DNA of 64,000 nt from Elusimicrobia bacterium GWA2_51_34 (lineage in GTDB: Bacteria > Elusimicrobiota > Elusimicrobia > Elusimicrobiales > UBA9959), in contig MGTS01000042.1 of the NCBI GenBank assembly GCA_001799565.1, positions 157,793 to 221,792 on the forward strand, given 5' to 3'. Shown piece by piece: positions 35,222 to 43,349 of the stretch. How positions within the stretch are numbered: the stretch's first letter is position 1; every line of letters starts with the position of its first letter. The position numbers were made by a program, and so were the translations under genes. The notes beneath the pieces are model-generated. The model did not search any database, was not told the DNA's origin, and saw only the letters and a list, made by a program, of their open reading frames with translations.

Positions 35222-37390
35222 CTACTGTAATTGCGACAAATCGGCTACATCTTCAAAAAGCAGAACCAGGGATTTTATAAGGTTCAGGCGGTTGTCGCGG
35301 ACCTTCGGATCTTCGGCCATTACCATAACCGTGTCAAAAAAACTGTCCAGGCTGGCTTTTATGGAGAGCAGTTCCTCAAAACTTTTTGAGTAGTCCCGGT
35401 TGGCCAGATGGCTCTTAAGTCCGGCGGAGACACCGGCGATGCTCCGGCAAAGAATTTTCTCTTCTTCCTTTTCAAACAACCCCTCTTCGGGAATACCGGT
35501 AAGGGGTGTTTGGGCCTGCCTTAAAATGTTCTTCGCCCGCTTGAAAGCCATGGACATGGCCGCAAAGTCCGGGTTTGAGCGGAAAGCATGTATATCCTTA
35601 AGGCGGGCCCTGCAATCTGGCAGATCTCCGGCCTCCATAAAAAATCCTCTTACGGCCTTGATTTCATCAAACTTAAAACCCTCGTCCTCAAAAACGCCTT
35701 GCGCCCTGGCCCATGTAAAATCAAGCAGCTGGGCTTTTACAGCGGCTGCGTCAAAGGAGGAAGATGGTAGCGGCAAAAACTCCAGGGCGCGCCCAACAGC
35801 GTCGGAGAGATTAATTTTAAACCCTTTTTCCAGCGCAATGCGCGCCATACCCTGCGCCTGCCGCCTCAAGGCGTGCGGGTCCTCGCTGCCGGTGGGAATA
35901 ATTTTAAGCGCGAAATCGCCGGCCAGCGTGTCCAATTTTCCGGCAAGGGAAACCAGCGCTCCCTCGCACGAAGACGGAAGGGGGGATTTGGCTGAAAGCG
36001 GCCAGTAAAATTCACCCACCGTGCGGGAAGCCGTTTCGCTAAAACCCGAGTTTTTTGCGTAGTAATAACCCATGGCGCCCTGTAGTTCGGTAAATTCCCG
36101 AACCACATTGCTTACAAGATCAGCGTAAACATAGCCCGAAGCTTTTATGGCCTCTTCCTTATTAACAAGGGAGCCGCAATTATCGCAAAGCCAGCTGGTT
36201 AGTTTTTTTACCCGGTCGGTTTTGTCGCACATTGAACCCAGCTTCTCCTGAAAAACTATATTCTTCAGCTTACCGGCGAACTCATCCAACGGAACGGCCA
36301 AATCGCGCGAGAAAAAAAACACGGCGTCCCGGAAACGCGCCTCAAGCACATTTTTAAACCCGCTTTCAACATTGCGCTGGCCCTTTGACACGCCGTCGCG
36401 TATACCCACAAAATGCGGTTCAAGCCCCGCCCTTTTGGGCAAGGGAGCGCGGCCTGCCGCCGCATCCGCATCGCCCGGACCGGCTGATGACTCCAAAAGA
36501 GCGGGGCCTTTCGGGCCGGAGACGGTAAAGAATTTAAGCTGTTTTTTCATTACCAGATGCACCAGCTCAACGGGGAGTTTTAAAAAGTCCTGCGAATATT
36601 CACCCGCCACGCAAACAGGGTATTCCACCAGATAAAGGTTTTCGTGCAGCAGTTCCGGATCCGCATCCACCTCAAGCTTCATCCTCTTTGACATCCGCTC
36701 TATCTCCGTGCGCAGCATTTCAAGACGCTCTGCGTCCTTAACTATTACATTGGCGTTTTCAAGCAGTTTAAAATACTTTTCCGCCGAGGGAACGCTAAGG
36801 CGGCGCGAACCTTTGGCGCTTAAGCCCGCGCTAAGGCGGCCCGACCTCACACCCGCGATTTTAAACGCCACGGGCTTGTCGCCATAAAGGGCGAGCAGGC
36901 CTCGTATGGGACGGGCGAAACGGAAGCGCCCGGCTTCCCACACCATATTTTTCGGGAACTGAAGTTTTGAAATAATCCGGGGAAATATTTCAGAAAGCGT
37001 TTTAGCAGCGGGGCTGCCCGGGATTTTTTCCTCAAAAACCAGCACCTCTCCCTTGTTCGGCACGGTTTCAACGCCAAGCTTGTCGGGAGTTGTCCCCCGC
37101 GAACGCGCGAAACCCGAAGACTGCGGTGTAAATCCGCCTTTTTCGTCTTTAAGCAGGCGGGCGGCGGGGCCGTATGCCTTGCGCGTTATTTCCCCTGTAC
37201 GCGCGTTCACGCCCGAAATATAAAGCGTCAGGCGCTTGTAAGTGCCGAAGGCGTCTATAGCGTCGCACGCAAGATTGGCCTCCGCAAGCATTACGGCCGC
37301 GTATTTTTTCATCTGCTCTTCGGCGGAAGTTACAAAACGGGCCGGAATGTTCTCAATAAGTATTTCAAGCAAGGCGTCTCGTTTAGTCAT
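35222..37390 (-). CDS. glyS: Glycine--tRNA ligase beta subunit
   Basis: 722 aa downstream of glyQ. GlyS-like N-terminus (LLEILIENIPARF). Confidence 0.9.
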   Translation of the reverse strand: MTKRDALLEILIENIPARFVTSAEEQMKKYAAVMLAEANLACDAIDAFGTYKRLTLYISGVNARTGEITRKAYGPAARLLKDEKGGFTPQSSGFARSRGTTPDKLGVETVPNKGEVLVFEEKIPGSPAAKTLSEIFPRIISKLQFPKNMVWEAGRFRFARPIRGLLALYGDKPVAFKIAGVRSGRLSAGLSAKGSRRLSVPSAEKYFKLLENANVIVKDAERLEMLRTEIERMSKRMKLEVDADPELLHENLYLVEYPVCVAGEYSQDFLKLPVELVHLVMKKQLKFFTVSGPKGPALLESSAGPGDADAAAGRAPLPKRAGLEPHFVGIRDGVSKGQRNVESGFKNVLEARFRDAVFFFSRDLAVPLDEFAGKLKNIVFQEKLGSMCDKTDRVKKLTSWLCDNCGSLVNKEEAIKASGYVYADLVSNVVREFTELQGAMGYYYAKNSGFSETASRTVGEFYWPLSAKSPLPSSCEGALVSLAGKLDTLAGDFALKIIPTGSEDPHALRRQAQGMARIALEKGFKINLSDAVGRALEFLPLPSSSFDAAAVKAQLLDFTWARAQGVFEDEGFKFDEIKAVRGFFMEAGDLPDCRARLKDIHAFRSNPDFAAMSMAFKRAKNILRQAQTPLTGIPEEGLFEKEEEKILCRSIAGVSAGLKSHLANRDYSKSFEELLSIKASLDSFFDTVMVMAEDPKVRDNRLNLIKSLVLLFEDVADLSQLQ

Positions 37391-37437
37391 AAAGTTTTTC
37401 CTAAGTGTAATAGCATGAAAACGAAATGATTTATCAG

Positions 37438-37520
37438 TATAGAGTGGAGTGTTTAGAGTGTAGAGAATATAAGGGATTTCCTTAAAAACTCCCGACTCTC
37501 AACTCTAGACTCTCAACTAT
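37438..37520. repeat. Heptamer-arm hairpin, TAGAGTG/GACTCTC dialect
   Basis: Left arm tatagagtggagtgtttagagtgtagag, loop aatataagggatttccttaaaaact, right arm cccgactctcaactctagactctcaacta. Confidence 0.8.
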
Positions 37521-38380
37521 CATTTTATTCCAGGAGCTGATTCATTGTCCTTTACATAAGCTGCGGCGCAGGCGCGCGAGATAACGCGTATCCTTTTTAT
37601 CAGGTCCACCCGCTCCGATACCGAAATAGCGCCGCGCGCGTCAAGCAGGTTGAAATTATGAGAACATTTCATTACCAGATCATAGGCGGGCAGGTAACAG
37701 CTCATTTTTACCAGGCGGAAAACTTCTTTTTCCCAACGCTCAAAGTTGGACCGCAGATTCTCCACATCGGCCGCTTCAAAATTATAATGGGAAAACTGCT
37801 CTTCCTGCTCCTTATGCAGCTCGCCATAGGTAACGTGATTATTCCACTTTATATCAAAGATGCTGTCCTTTTTCTGCGCGAACATGGCCAGGCGCTCAAG
37901 GCCATAGGTTATTTCCACCGTTATGGGATTTAGTTCAAAAGAAGCCATGTGCTGAAAATAAGTGAACTGCGTTATCTCCATTCCGTCAAGCCACACTTCC
38001 CACCCCACACCCGAAGCGCCAAGCGTGGGCGATTCCCAGTCGTCCTCTATCCAGCGTATATCATGCTCGCTGTGATCTATGCCGACCGCTTTTAAGGAAT
38101 TAAGATATACCTGTTGGATATCCGCGCGCGGCGGTTTTATAATTACCTGGTACTGGTAGTACCTGCCAAGGCGGTTCGGGTTTTCACCGTAACGTCCGTC
38201 GGCCGGGCGGCGGCAGGGTTCCACATAGGCCGTACTGACAGGCAGCGCGGTAAGCGAACCAAAAAAAGTGGCCGGGTTATAAGTGCCGGCGCCCTTTTCA
38301 AGATCATAGGGCTGTATTATGGCGCAGCCCTGGCGGGCCCAGTACCGGTCAAATTTTAAAATTATATCCTGCAGATTCAT
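37520..38380 (-). CDS. glyQ: Glycine--tRNA ligase alpha subunit
   Basis: 286 aa. Highly conserved GlyQ N-terminus ([17 protein letters not shown]). Confidence 0.95.
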   Translation of the reverse strand: MNLQDIILKFDRYWARQGCAIIQPYDLEKGAGTYNPATFFGSLTALPVSTAYVEPCRRPADGRYGENPNRLGRYYQYQVIIKPPRADIQQVYLNSLKAVGIDHSEHDIRWIEDDWESPTLGASGVGWEVWLDGMEITQFTYFQHMASFELNPITVEITYGLERLAMFAQKKDSIFDIKWNNHVTYGELHKEQEEQFSHYNFEAADVENLRSNFERWEKEVFRLVKMSCYLPAYDLVMKCSHNFNLLDARGAISVSERVDLIKRIRVISRACAAAYVKDNESAPGIK

Positions 38381-38526
38381 TAGTCCTCCGTGGAGCCGCT
38401 GAAAGTCAGCAACCCCATCATAGTTCCTGCGACTTTCTGTGCAGGAACAATTATACCTATTTTAAAATTCACCGGCTGTCGCAGCCGGCAGCGCCGGAAG
38501 TCAGTTTCTTTGCCAGTTGCCAGGAG

Positions 38527-38571
38527 TTTACCAGCCTACCAGCTTACCAGCATACAAGCCTACTAGCAAGC
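38527..38571. repeat. Single CTACCAGC-dialect arm
   Basis: tttaccagcctaccagcttaccagcatacaagcctactagcaagc, with no clear partner arm. Confidence 0.55.
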
Positions 38572-38573
38572 AG

Positions 38574-39197
38574 TCACACAAACTGCGCCGTATTCAGCGT
38601 TATACCCAGTTCCTCTCCAAAAAATTTATTTATCAGCCCCTCAAGCATGTTTTCGGCGGCACGGTCATCCTTTAACTCCGCCACTTCAAGCCAGGAGCCG
38701 CAATGCATCGCCTCCCAAAACCGTGAATCAAAACCGAGTGAAGTTTCTTTAAGGCCGTAGCCGGCAAGCTCCATAACACGCAAAATAAAAGCGAACCGCA
38801 TCCACGCGGAGGGGGGGTTGACGTCCAGCGCCTGAAGCGCGGAAAGCAGCAGTTCGTATTTCCCGGCGCTCGGCTGGGCCGCCGGAGTCAGTTTGTTGAC
38901 TACCTCGCAAAAATGAAACGCCATAAAAATTCTGTCCCGGCTGGCGCGCAGGCCGGGAAAAATAGACAAGGTGGCGCCTCCTGTGCATACGGGGAAGTTT
39001 GAACCGCCGCGCAGATAAAAACGATAATCGCCCCAGGTTATGGGTTCGCTCAGGGCTTTAAGCTTGCCTGCCGCCCTGCGCACACTTTTAAAATTCACCT
39101 CCAGCTTGCCTCCCCCTTTGGTGAAAACCGTGACTATGCGGTCGTTCTCCCGCAGCGGGCGGCTTCTAAGGACTATTCCGTAATCGCAAAAAATCAT
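38574..39197 (-). CDS. recO: DNA repair protein RecO
   Basis: 207 aa with an N-terminal OB-fold-like region (GIVLRSRPLRENDRIVTVFT). Confidence 0.8.
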   Translation of the reverse strand: MIFCDYGIVLRSRPLRENDRIVTVFTKGGGKLEVNFKSVRRAAGKLKALSEPITWGDYRFYLRGGSNFPVCTGGATLSIFPGLRASRDRIFMAFHFCEVVNKLTPAAQPSAGKYELLLSALQALDVNPPSAWMRFAFILRVMELAGYGLKETSLGFDSRFWEAMHCGSWLEVAELKDDRAAENMLEGLINKFFGEELGITLNTAQFV

Positions 39198-39215
39198 ATT
39201 TTATTTATACATATT

Positions 39216-39327
39216 CAGGTTCACGGTTCAGTGGTTCAAAGGTTCAACGGTTGGGAATCAGGGAACACAAAAAGACCGTGAAAAAAATAACCGTGAACCG
39301 CTGAACCGTGAACCTGGTAACCTGAAC
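39216..39327. repeat. Hairpin, GGTTCAC/GGTTCAG dialect
   Basis: Left arm caggttcacggttcagtggttcaaaggttcaacggttgggaatcagggaac and right arm ccgtgaaccgctgaaccgtgaacctggtaacctgaac. Confidence 0.8.
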
Positions 39328-39372
39328 AGGCGCTTACATTTTACCAAACATCCGGCGCGCCACAGGTTTGTT

Positions 39373-39401
39373 TTGCAATTTACCGCCGTTATTTATATAA
39401 T
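39373..39401 (+). promoter_or_regulatory. Near-consensus sigma70-type promoter of rpmH-rnpA-yidD-yidC
   Basis: TTGCAA - 17 nt - TATAAT. The -10 ends 9 nt before the rpmH ATG and there is no SD. Confidence 0.55.
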
Positions 39402-39410
39402 TAACGCACC

Positions 39411-39548
39411 ATGCTACCTACATACAGACCAAACGTCAGAAAAAGAAAGAAGCATATCGGCTTCCGCGCTAAAATGAAAACCCCGGGCGGCAGACAGACA
39501 CTCGCGAGGCGCCGCCGGAAAGGCCGATGGAGCTTAATACCCGATTAG
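39411..39548 (+). CDS. rpmH: 50S ribosomal protein L34
   Basis: 45 aa, [45 protein letters not shown]. Translated by hand because it falls below the track length cut-off. Confidence 0.9.
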   Translation: MLPTYRPNVRKRKKHIGFRAKMKTPGGRQTLARRRRKGRWSLIPD

Positions 39549-39562
39549 CGGCGTAATGCGCC

Positions 39563-39633
39563 GCAAGTCACAAGTTTTCCGCCGAAGGCGGACCCGCCGG
39601 GTTGTATTGGCGGGCAAGTCACAGGTCACAAGT
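39563..39633 (+). repeat. GC hairpin core embedded between direct GTCACAR tracts, copy 1
   Basis: gcaagtcacaagtttt-ccgccgaaggcggacccgccgggttgtattggcggg-caagtcacaggtcacaagt. A reverse-complement copy lies at 57656-57722. Confidence 0.75.
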
Positions 39634-39645
39634 AAGAGTTTACTA

Positions 39646-40002
39646 TTGAAAAAGTTAACTTTTTCAAAAACTTCGCGACTGCGCCTGCACAAGGCATTTG
39701 AGCTTATTTTCGCCAACGGCTCAAAGACCGCCACAAAAGATTTTGTGATGTGGCACACGCTTGACACCAAGCCGGAAACGGAAAAACAAATAGGCGTTAT
39801 AGCCTCAAAAAAAACCGGCGGCGCGGTAAGGCGGAACAGACTTAAAAGGCTTCTAAGGGAAGCCTTCAGGTTGTCAAAAGACGAGTTGAAAGATGGAGCG
39901 CGCGTTATAATCTACTTCAAAGCGGGCTGCGCAATAGATAGTTTAAAAGAAGCCGCGGCCGCCCTTGATGGAATATTGATAAAAGCGCGCCTGAAAAAAT
40001 GA
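39646..40002 (+). CDS. rnpA: Ribonuclease P protein component
   Basis: Follows rpmH. The probable TTG start at 39646 ([14 protein letters not shown]...) is chosen because the upstream part of the track ORF (from 39556) is repeat sequence. Start is uncertain. Confidence 0.8.
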   Translation: MKKLTFSKTSRLRLHKAFELIFANGSKTATKDFVMWHTLDTKPETEKQIGVIASKKTGGAVRRNRLKRLLREAFRLSKDELKDGARVIIYFKAGCAIDSLKEAAAALDGILIKARLKK

Positions 40003-40241
40003 AAGCCGGCAAAACCTGCCTTAAAAACTTTACAGGTAAAACACTGCGGGGACTTGAGTCCGCTTACCGGATGCTTCGGCCTTTTTTAGGCCCGAAGGCC
40101 TGCAGATTCAGCCCCACCTGTTCTGAGTACGGTTTTGAATCTCTTAGGAGCCACGGCCCGCTTAAAGGGTCCGTACTAGCTTTAAAAAGAATAGCCCGCT
40201 GCCATCCTTTCAACCCGGGCGGTTACGACCCGGCGCCCTGA
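39999..40241 (+). CDS. yidD: Membrane protein insertion efficiency factor YidD
   Basis: 80 aa with the CRFxPTCSEY motif. Confidence 0.9.
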   Translation: MKAGKTCLKNFTGKTLRGLESAYRMLRPFLGPKACRFSPTCSEYGFESLRSHGPLKGSVLALKRIARCHPFNPGGYDPAP

Positions 40242-40478
40242 AGTTTCCCTTGAAACCATTAAACAACGGCAACCTGATACTGGACACAGTAATAATGGTG
40301 TTTACCATATTGTTCAAGGAATTACCGCTTGGGAGGTTCAGCGAACGACTGAACGAAGTGAAGGCAGTGAGCGAACACAAGGAGGGCGAAGCCCTTCCTT
40401 GTGGGAGCACCGCCCGTCACCCATAAAGGGCGGCGTTAATCGCCCGCCTTAGGCGGATGCGACAGAGGGGAGGTTTAA

Positions 40479-42134
40479 ATGCAGAAAAATCTTGTACTTG
40501 CCGTAGTTTTATCATCGGTGGTATATATTTTTTGGTACTCTTTTATGGAGAAGAGGATGCCTCCTCGCGCCGCCTCCTCCGTTTCATCGTCCTCTTACCC
40601 GCAAACCGCTCAATCCTCAGTCGCGGACAGCGCCAGAGGCCCGCGACAGGCCAGTGTCACTGGAGGTGCCGTCCCAAAGGCCTTTGGCCCACAAAACGGC
40701 CAAAACCCCGCGGCTGCAAACACCTCTTCCCCGCAGCCCCCGTCACAGCAGGCTTCATTACAGCCGACCTCAGGCGAACTGCCGGCCGATTGGAAAACAA
40801 AGGCCGCCCGCGTTAAGCTCGGCAAAGCGGAATATTTTATCCACCCCGCCGGAGCTTCCATAAAAAGCATGGTTTACGAAGGCCCGGTGGCCCCCATAGA
40901 ACTGGTGCTGTCGCCGGAAGACGGGCTGTTTTCAAGCTTTGAAGGCCTTACCTTTTCCATAAAGAACAAAAACGCGCAAAACCCGGAATTCTCGGCAAAA
41001 ACAAAACAGGGCGTGACCATATCAAAAAAATTCTTTCTAAACGGTCCCGACGGTATAAATTCCATTGAAATAACCGCCTCAAACGCCTCATCGGAACCCG
41101 CCGCGCTTGAACCCTGGACGCTTTCTATCGGCCCGGGCCTTGGTACGGCGCCCAGCGAGGAAAAAGAAAATCCCGGACTGACATACGCCCAATACACTTT
41201 TCAAGAACCGGGGAAAAAACACCCCACGATAAAAAAGCTGAAGGAAGACGTCCGGACGGAGCCGTGGGTGTGGGCCGGGGTGGATAACCGCTACTTTATC
41301 GCGGCGGTTATAGGCGGTGTTTTCGACAGGGACCGCCTTCTCTACTCCGCGGTGGAAATAAAAGGCAACAAGGTTCCTCGCCTCGCGATCCCATTCGGAG
41401 AGACAAAACTCGCTCCCGGAGCGGTAAAAACCTGGAAGCTTGATTTTTACGCCGGCCCGAAAGACTACGCCCTGCTTAAAAGCCTCGGCAGCGGGCTTGA
41501 CCGCGCGGTGGACTTCGGCTTCTTCGCTCCGCTGGCCAAACTTGCCGACTCCTCGCTTGGGTACTTTTACCGCCTGACCGGCAATTATGGCGTGGCCATA
41601 ATCATACTCAGCGTGCTTATACAGATAATGCTCTCCCCTTTAAGCATAAAAAGCTACAAATCCATGGCGCTGATGAAAAAAATACAGCCGGAAATGCAGG
41701 AGATACAGAAGCGCTACAAAGCCGACCCCAAACGCATGAACCAGGAGGTAATGGACCTTTATAAGCGCCACGGCACCAATCCTCTTGGCGGCTGCCTGCC
41801 GATGCTCCTGCAGATACCGGTCTTTTTCGCGCTATTTACGGCACTGAGAAATTCCTGGAATTTACACGGCGCGCCGTTTATTTTCTGGATAAAAGACTTG
41901 TCGTCCAAGGACCCGTATTATGTGCTGCCGCTGGTAATGGGAGCGATAATGTTTTTTCAGCAGACTTTGAACCCGCAGGCGGGCGACCCTGCCCAGGCGA
42001 AGATGATGAAATGGATGCCGGTTATTTTCACGTTCATGTTTCTCAGCTTCCCCGCGGGGCTTGTAATGTACTGGCTTATAAACAGCATGTGGGGATTTGC
42101 CCAAACGATGTATCTGCAGAAAAAGATGGCGTGA
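40479..42134 (+). CDS. yidC: Membrane protein insertase YidC
   Basis: 551 aa. N-terminal TM segment, large periplasmic region and a C-terminal 60-kDa insertase core (GCLPMLLQIPVFFALF). Carries a repeat-derived in-frame segment at 40611-40706. Confidence 0.9.
   Translation: MQKNLVLAVVLSSVVYIFWYSFMEKRMPPRAASSVSSSSYPQTAQSSVADSARGPRQASVTGGAVPKAFGPQNGQNPAAANTSSPQPPSQQASLQPTSGELPADWKTKAARVKLGKAEYFIHPAGASIKSMVYEGPVAPIELVLSPEDGLFSSFEGLTFSIKNKNAQNPEFSAKTKQGVTISKKFFLNGPDGINSIEITASNASSEPAALEPWTLSIGPGLGTAPSEEKENPGLTYAQYTFQEPGKKHPTIKKLKEDVRTEPWVWAGVDNRYFIAAVIGGVFDRDRLLYSAVEIKGNKVPRLAIPFGETKLAPGAVKTWKLDFYAGPKDYALLKSLGSGLDRAVDFGFFAPLAKLADSSLGYFYRLTGNYGVAIIILSVLIQIMLSPLSIKSYKSMALMKKIQPEMQEIQKRYKADPKRMNQEVMDLYKRHGTNPLGGCLPMLLQIPVFFALFTALRNSWNLHGAPFIFWIKDLSSKDPYYVLPLVMGAIMFFQQTLNPQAGDPAQAKMMKWMPVIFTFMFLSFPAGLVMYWLINSMWGFAQTMYLQKKMA
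40611..40706 (+). repeat. ~95-nt palindromic element, copy B, in-frame inside yidC
   Basis: caatcctcagtcgcggacagcgccagaggcccgcgacaggccagtgtcactggaggtgccgtcccaaaggcctttggccc... encodes QSSVADSARGPRQASVTGGAVPKAFGPQNGQ. Confidence 0.8.
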
Positions 42135-42142
42135 GTTTATAA

Positions 42143-42231
42143 GGCTGGTAAGCTAGTAGGCTAGTATGCTGGTATGCTTTTTAGGAGTTACTAAAAGGCC
42201 TTCTGGCCTACCCGCTTACCAGCATACTAGC
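42143..42231. repeat. Octamer-arm hairpin, CTACCAGC dialect
   Basis: Left arm ggctggtaagctagtaggctagtatgctggtatgc, loop tttttaggagttactaaaagg, right arm ccttctggcctacccgcttaccagcatactagc. Confidence 0.8.
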
Positions 42232-42267
42232 AATAATTCTCTGAAAGTTAATCTGGAGGAATAAAAA

Positions 42268-43242
42268 ATGAAAGAGATAAAAGCGGAAGCGAACACTATA
42301 CAGGACGCCGTAGAGAAAGGCCTTTCCGAAATAGGCATGCGGCGCGACCAGGTTGAGGTTGTGGTGGTGCATGAAGGCACCCGCGGTTTCCTTGGCATAG
42401 GCGCCAAAAAAGCCTGCGTTATTTTAAGGGAGAAAAAATGGACCGGAACCGGCGCCCAGCAGGAAGATGACAGCCGGCGCCGCCCGTCTTATGGAAACAG
42501 CGAGCCCAGGCGTTCCCGCGGCGGCCGCGGGGGCGGGCGTTATGAGCGGGGGGGAGAACGGCGCCCCGATGCAAGAGCAAATTACGCGGCAAGGGGAAAC
42601 CGCGACGCGGCGCCGTCCCCGCAGTTCCAGACAGCGCCGGAAGCGCGTGACAGATCGGAATCACGACCGTTCGCAAGGAGCGCAATGGCCCGTCCGCCCG
42701 CGGCTGACCTTGTATTCAAGGAAGAGAGCCTGCCGGAATCCGTAACTTCCTTTAAGGCCCCCGAGGACCCGCTTGAACACTCAAAGCTGGCTCTTATAAA
42801 AACGCTGGAACTTCTTGGCATGCCCGCCACCATCGCGGACGCCTCCTACAACCAGGCGGAAGCTCTTGTTTCGCTGCGCTTTGACTGCGCCCAAACGCAG
42901 TTTTTCACCGCCGAAAACGGCCGCGCCCTGCAGGCCCTGCAGTTCCTTGTAAATTCCATGCTGAATAAAAACCGCCAGCCGCGCCTGGCGCTGAGAGTGG
43001 ACACCGGCGACTACTGGAAAAACAAAGAAACTGAAATAGCTAAAAGAGTTGAACAGGCCGTAAATGAAGTAAAAACCAGTTCACAACCATGCCGGCTTGA
43101 ACCTATGCCCGCGCCTATGCGCAAGCTGATTCATAACCTTGTAAAAAGCTCCTATCCCGAAATGGAAACCATGTCGGAAGGAGAAGGCCAATGGCGAAAA
43201 GTAGTGATACGCCAGATGACACCCAAGCAGGAAGTAAAATAA
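42268..43242 (+). CDS. jag: RNA-binding protein Jag/KhpB (Jag_N-KH-R3H)
   Basis: 324 aa downstream of yidC. Jag_N-like N-terminus, an RGG/R-rich disordered linker and a C-terminal KH/R3H-like region. Confidence 0.8.
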   Translation: MKEIKAEANTIQDAVEKGLSEIGMRRDQVEVVVVHEGTRGFLGIGAKKACVILREKKWTGTGAQQEDDSRRRPSYGNSEPRRSRGGRGGGRYERGGERRPDARANYAARGNRDAAPSPQFQTAPEARDRSESRPFARSAMARPPAADLVFKEESLPESVTSFKAPEDPLEHSKLALIKTLELLGMPATIADASYNQAEALVSLRFDCAQTQFFTAENGRALQALQFLVNSMLNKNRQPRLALRVDTGDYWKNKETEIAKRVEQAVNEVKTSSQPCRLEPMPAPMRKLIHNLVKSSYPEMETMSEGEGQWRKVVIRQMTPKQEVK

Positions 43243-43254
43243 GAAGCCGAGGGT

Positions 43255-43337
43255 ATCAGGTGGCAGGTTACAGGTTACAGGAAGAACTCTGAAAAATTCT
43301 GCCTGCTGCCTGCCGCCTGCCACCTGTGCTTTTTTTA
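43255..43337 (+). terminator. Heptamer-arm hairpin (CAGGTKR dialect) followed by a T-run; terminator after jag
   Basis: Left arm caggtggcaggttacaggttacaggaag and right arm ctgcctgctgcctgccgcctgccacctg (outer 11 bp perfect), then tgcttttttta. Confidence 0.65.
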
Positions 43338-43349
43338 TATGCCTCATAT

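Noticed and set aside
39198-39410. Replication origin at the divergent recO/rpmH junction (rpmH-rnpA-yidC-mnmG-rsmG are classically oriC-proximal)
   Set aside because: There is no dnaA or dnaN gene. I saw no cluster of TTATCCACA-like boxes. Most of the 213-nt gap is a GGTTCAC-dialect hairpin plus the rpmH promoter.
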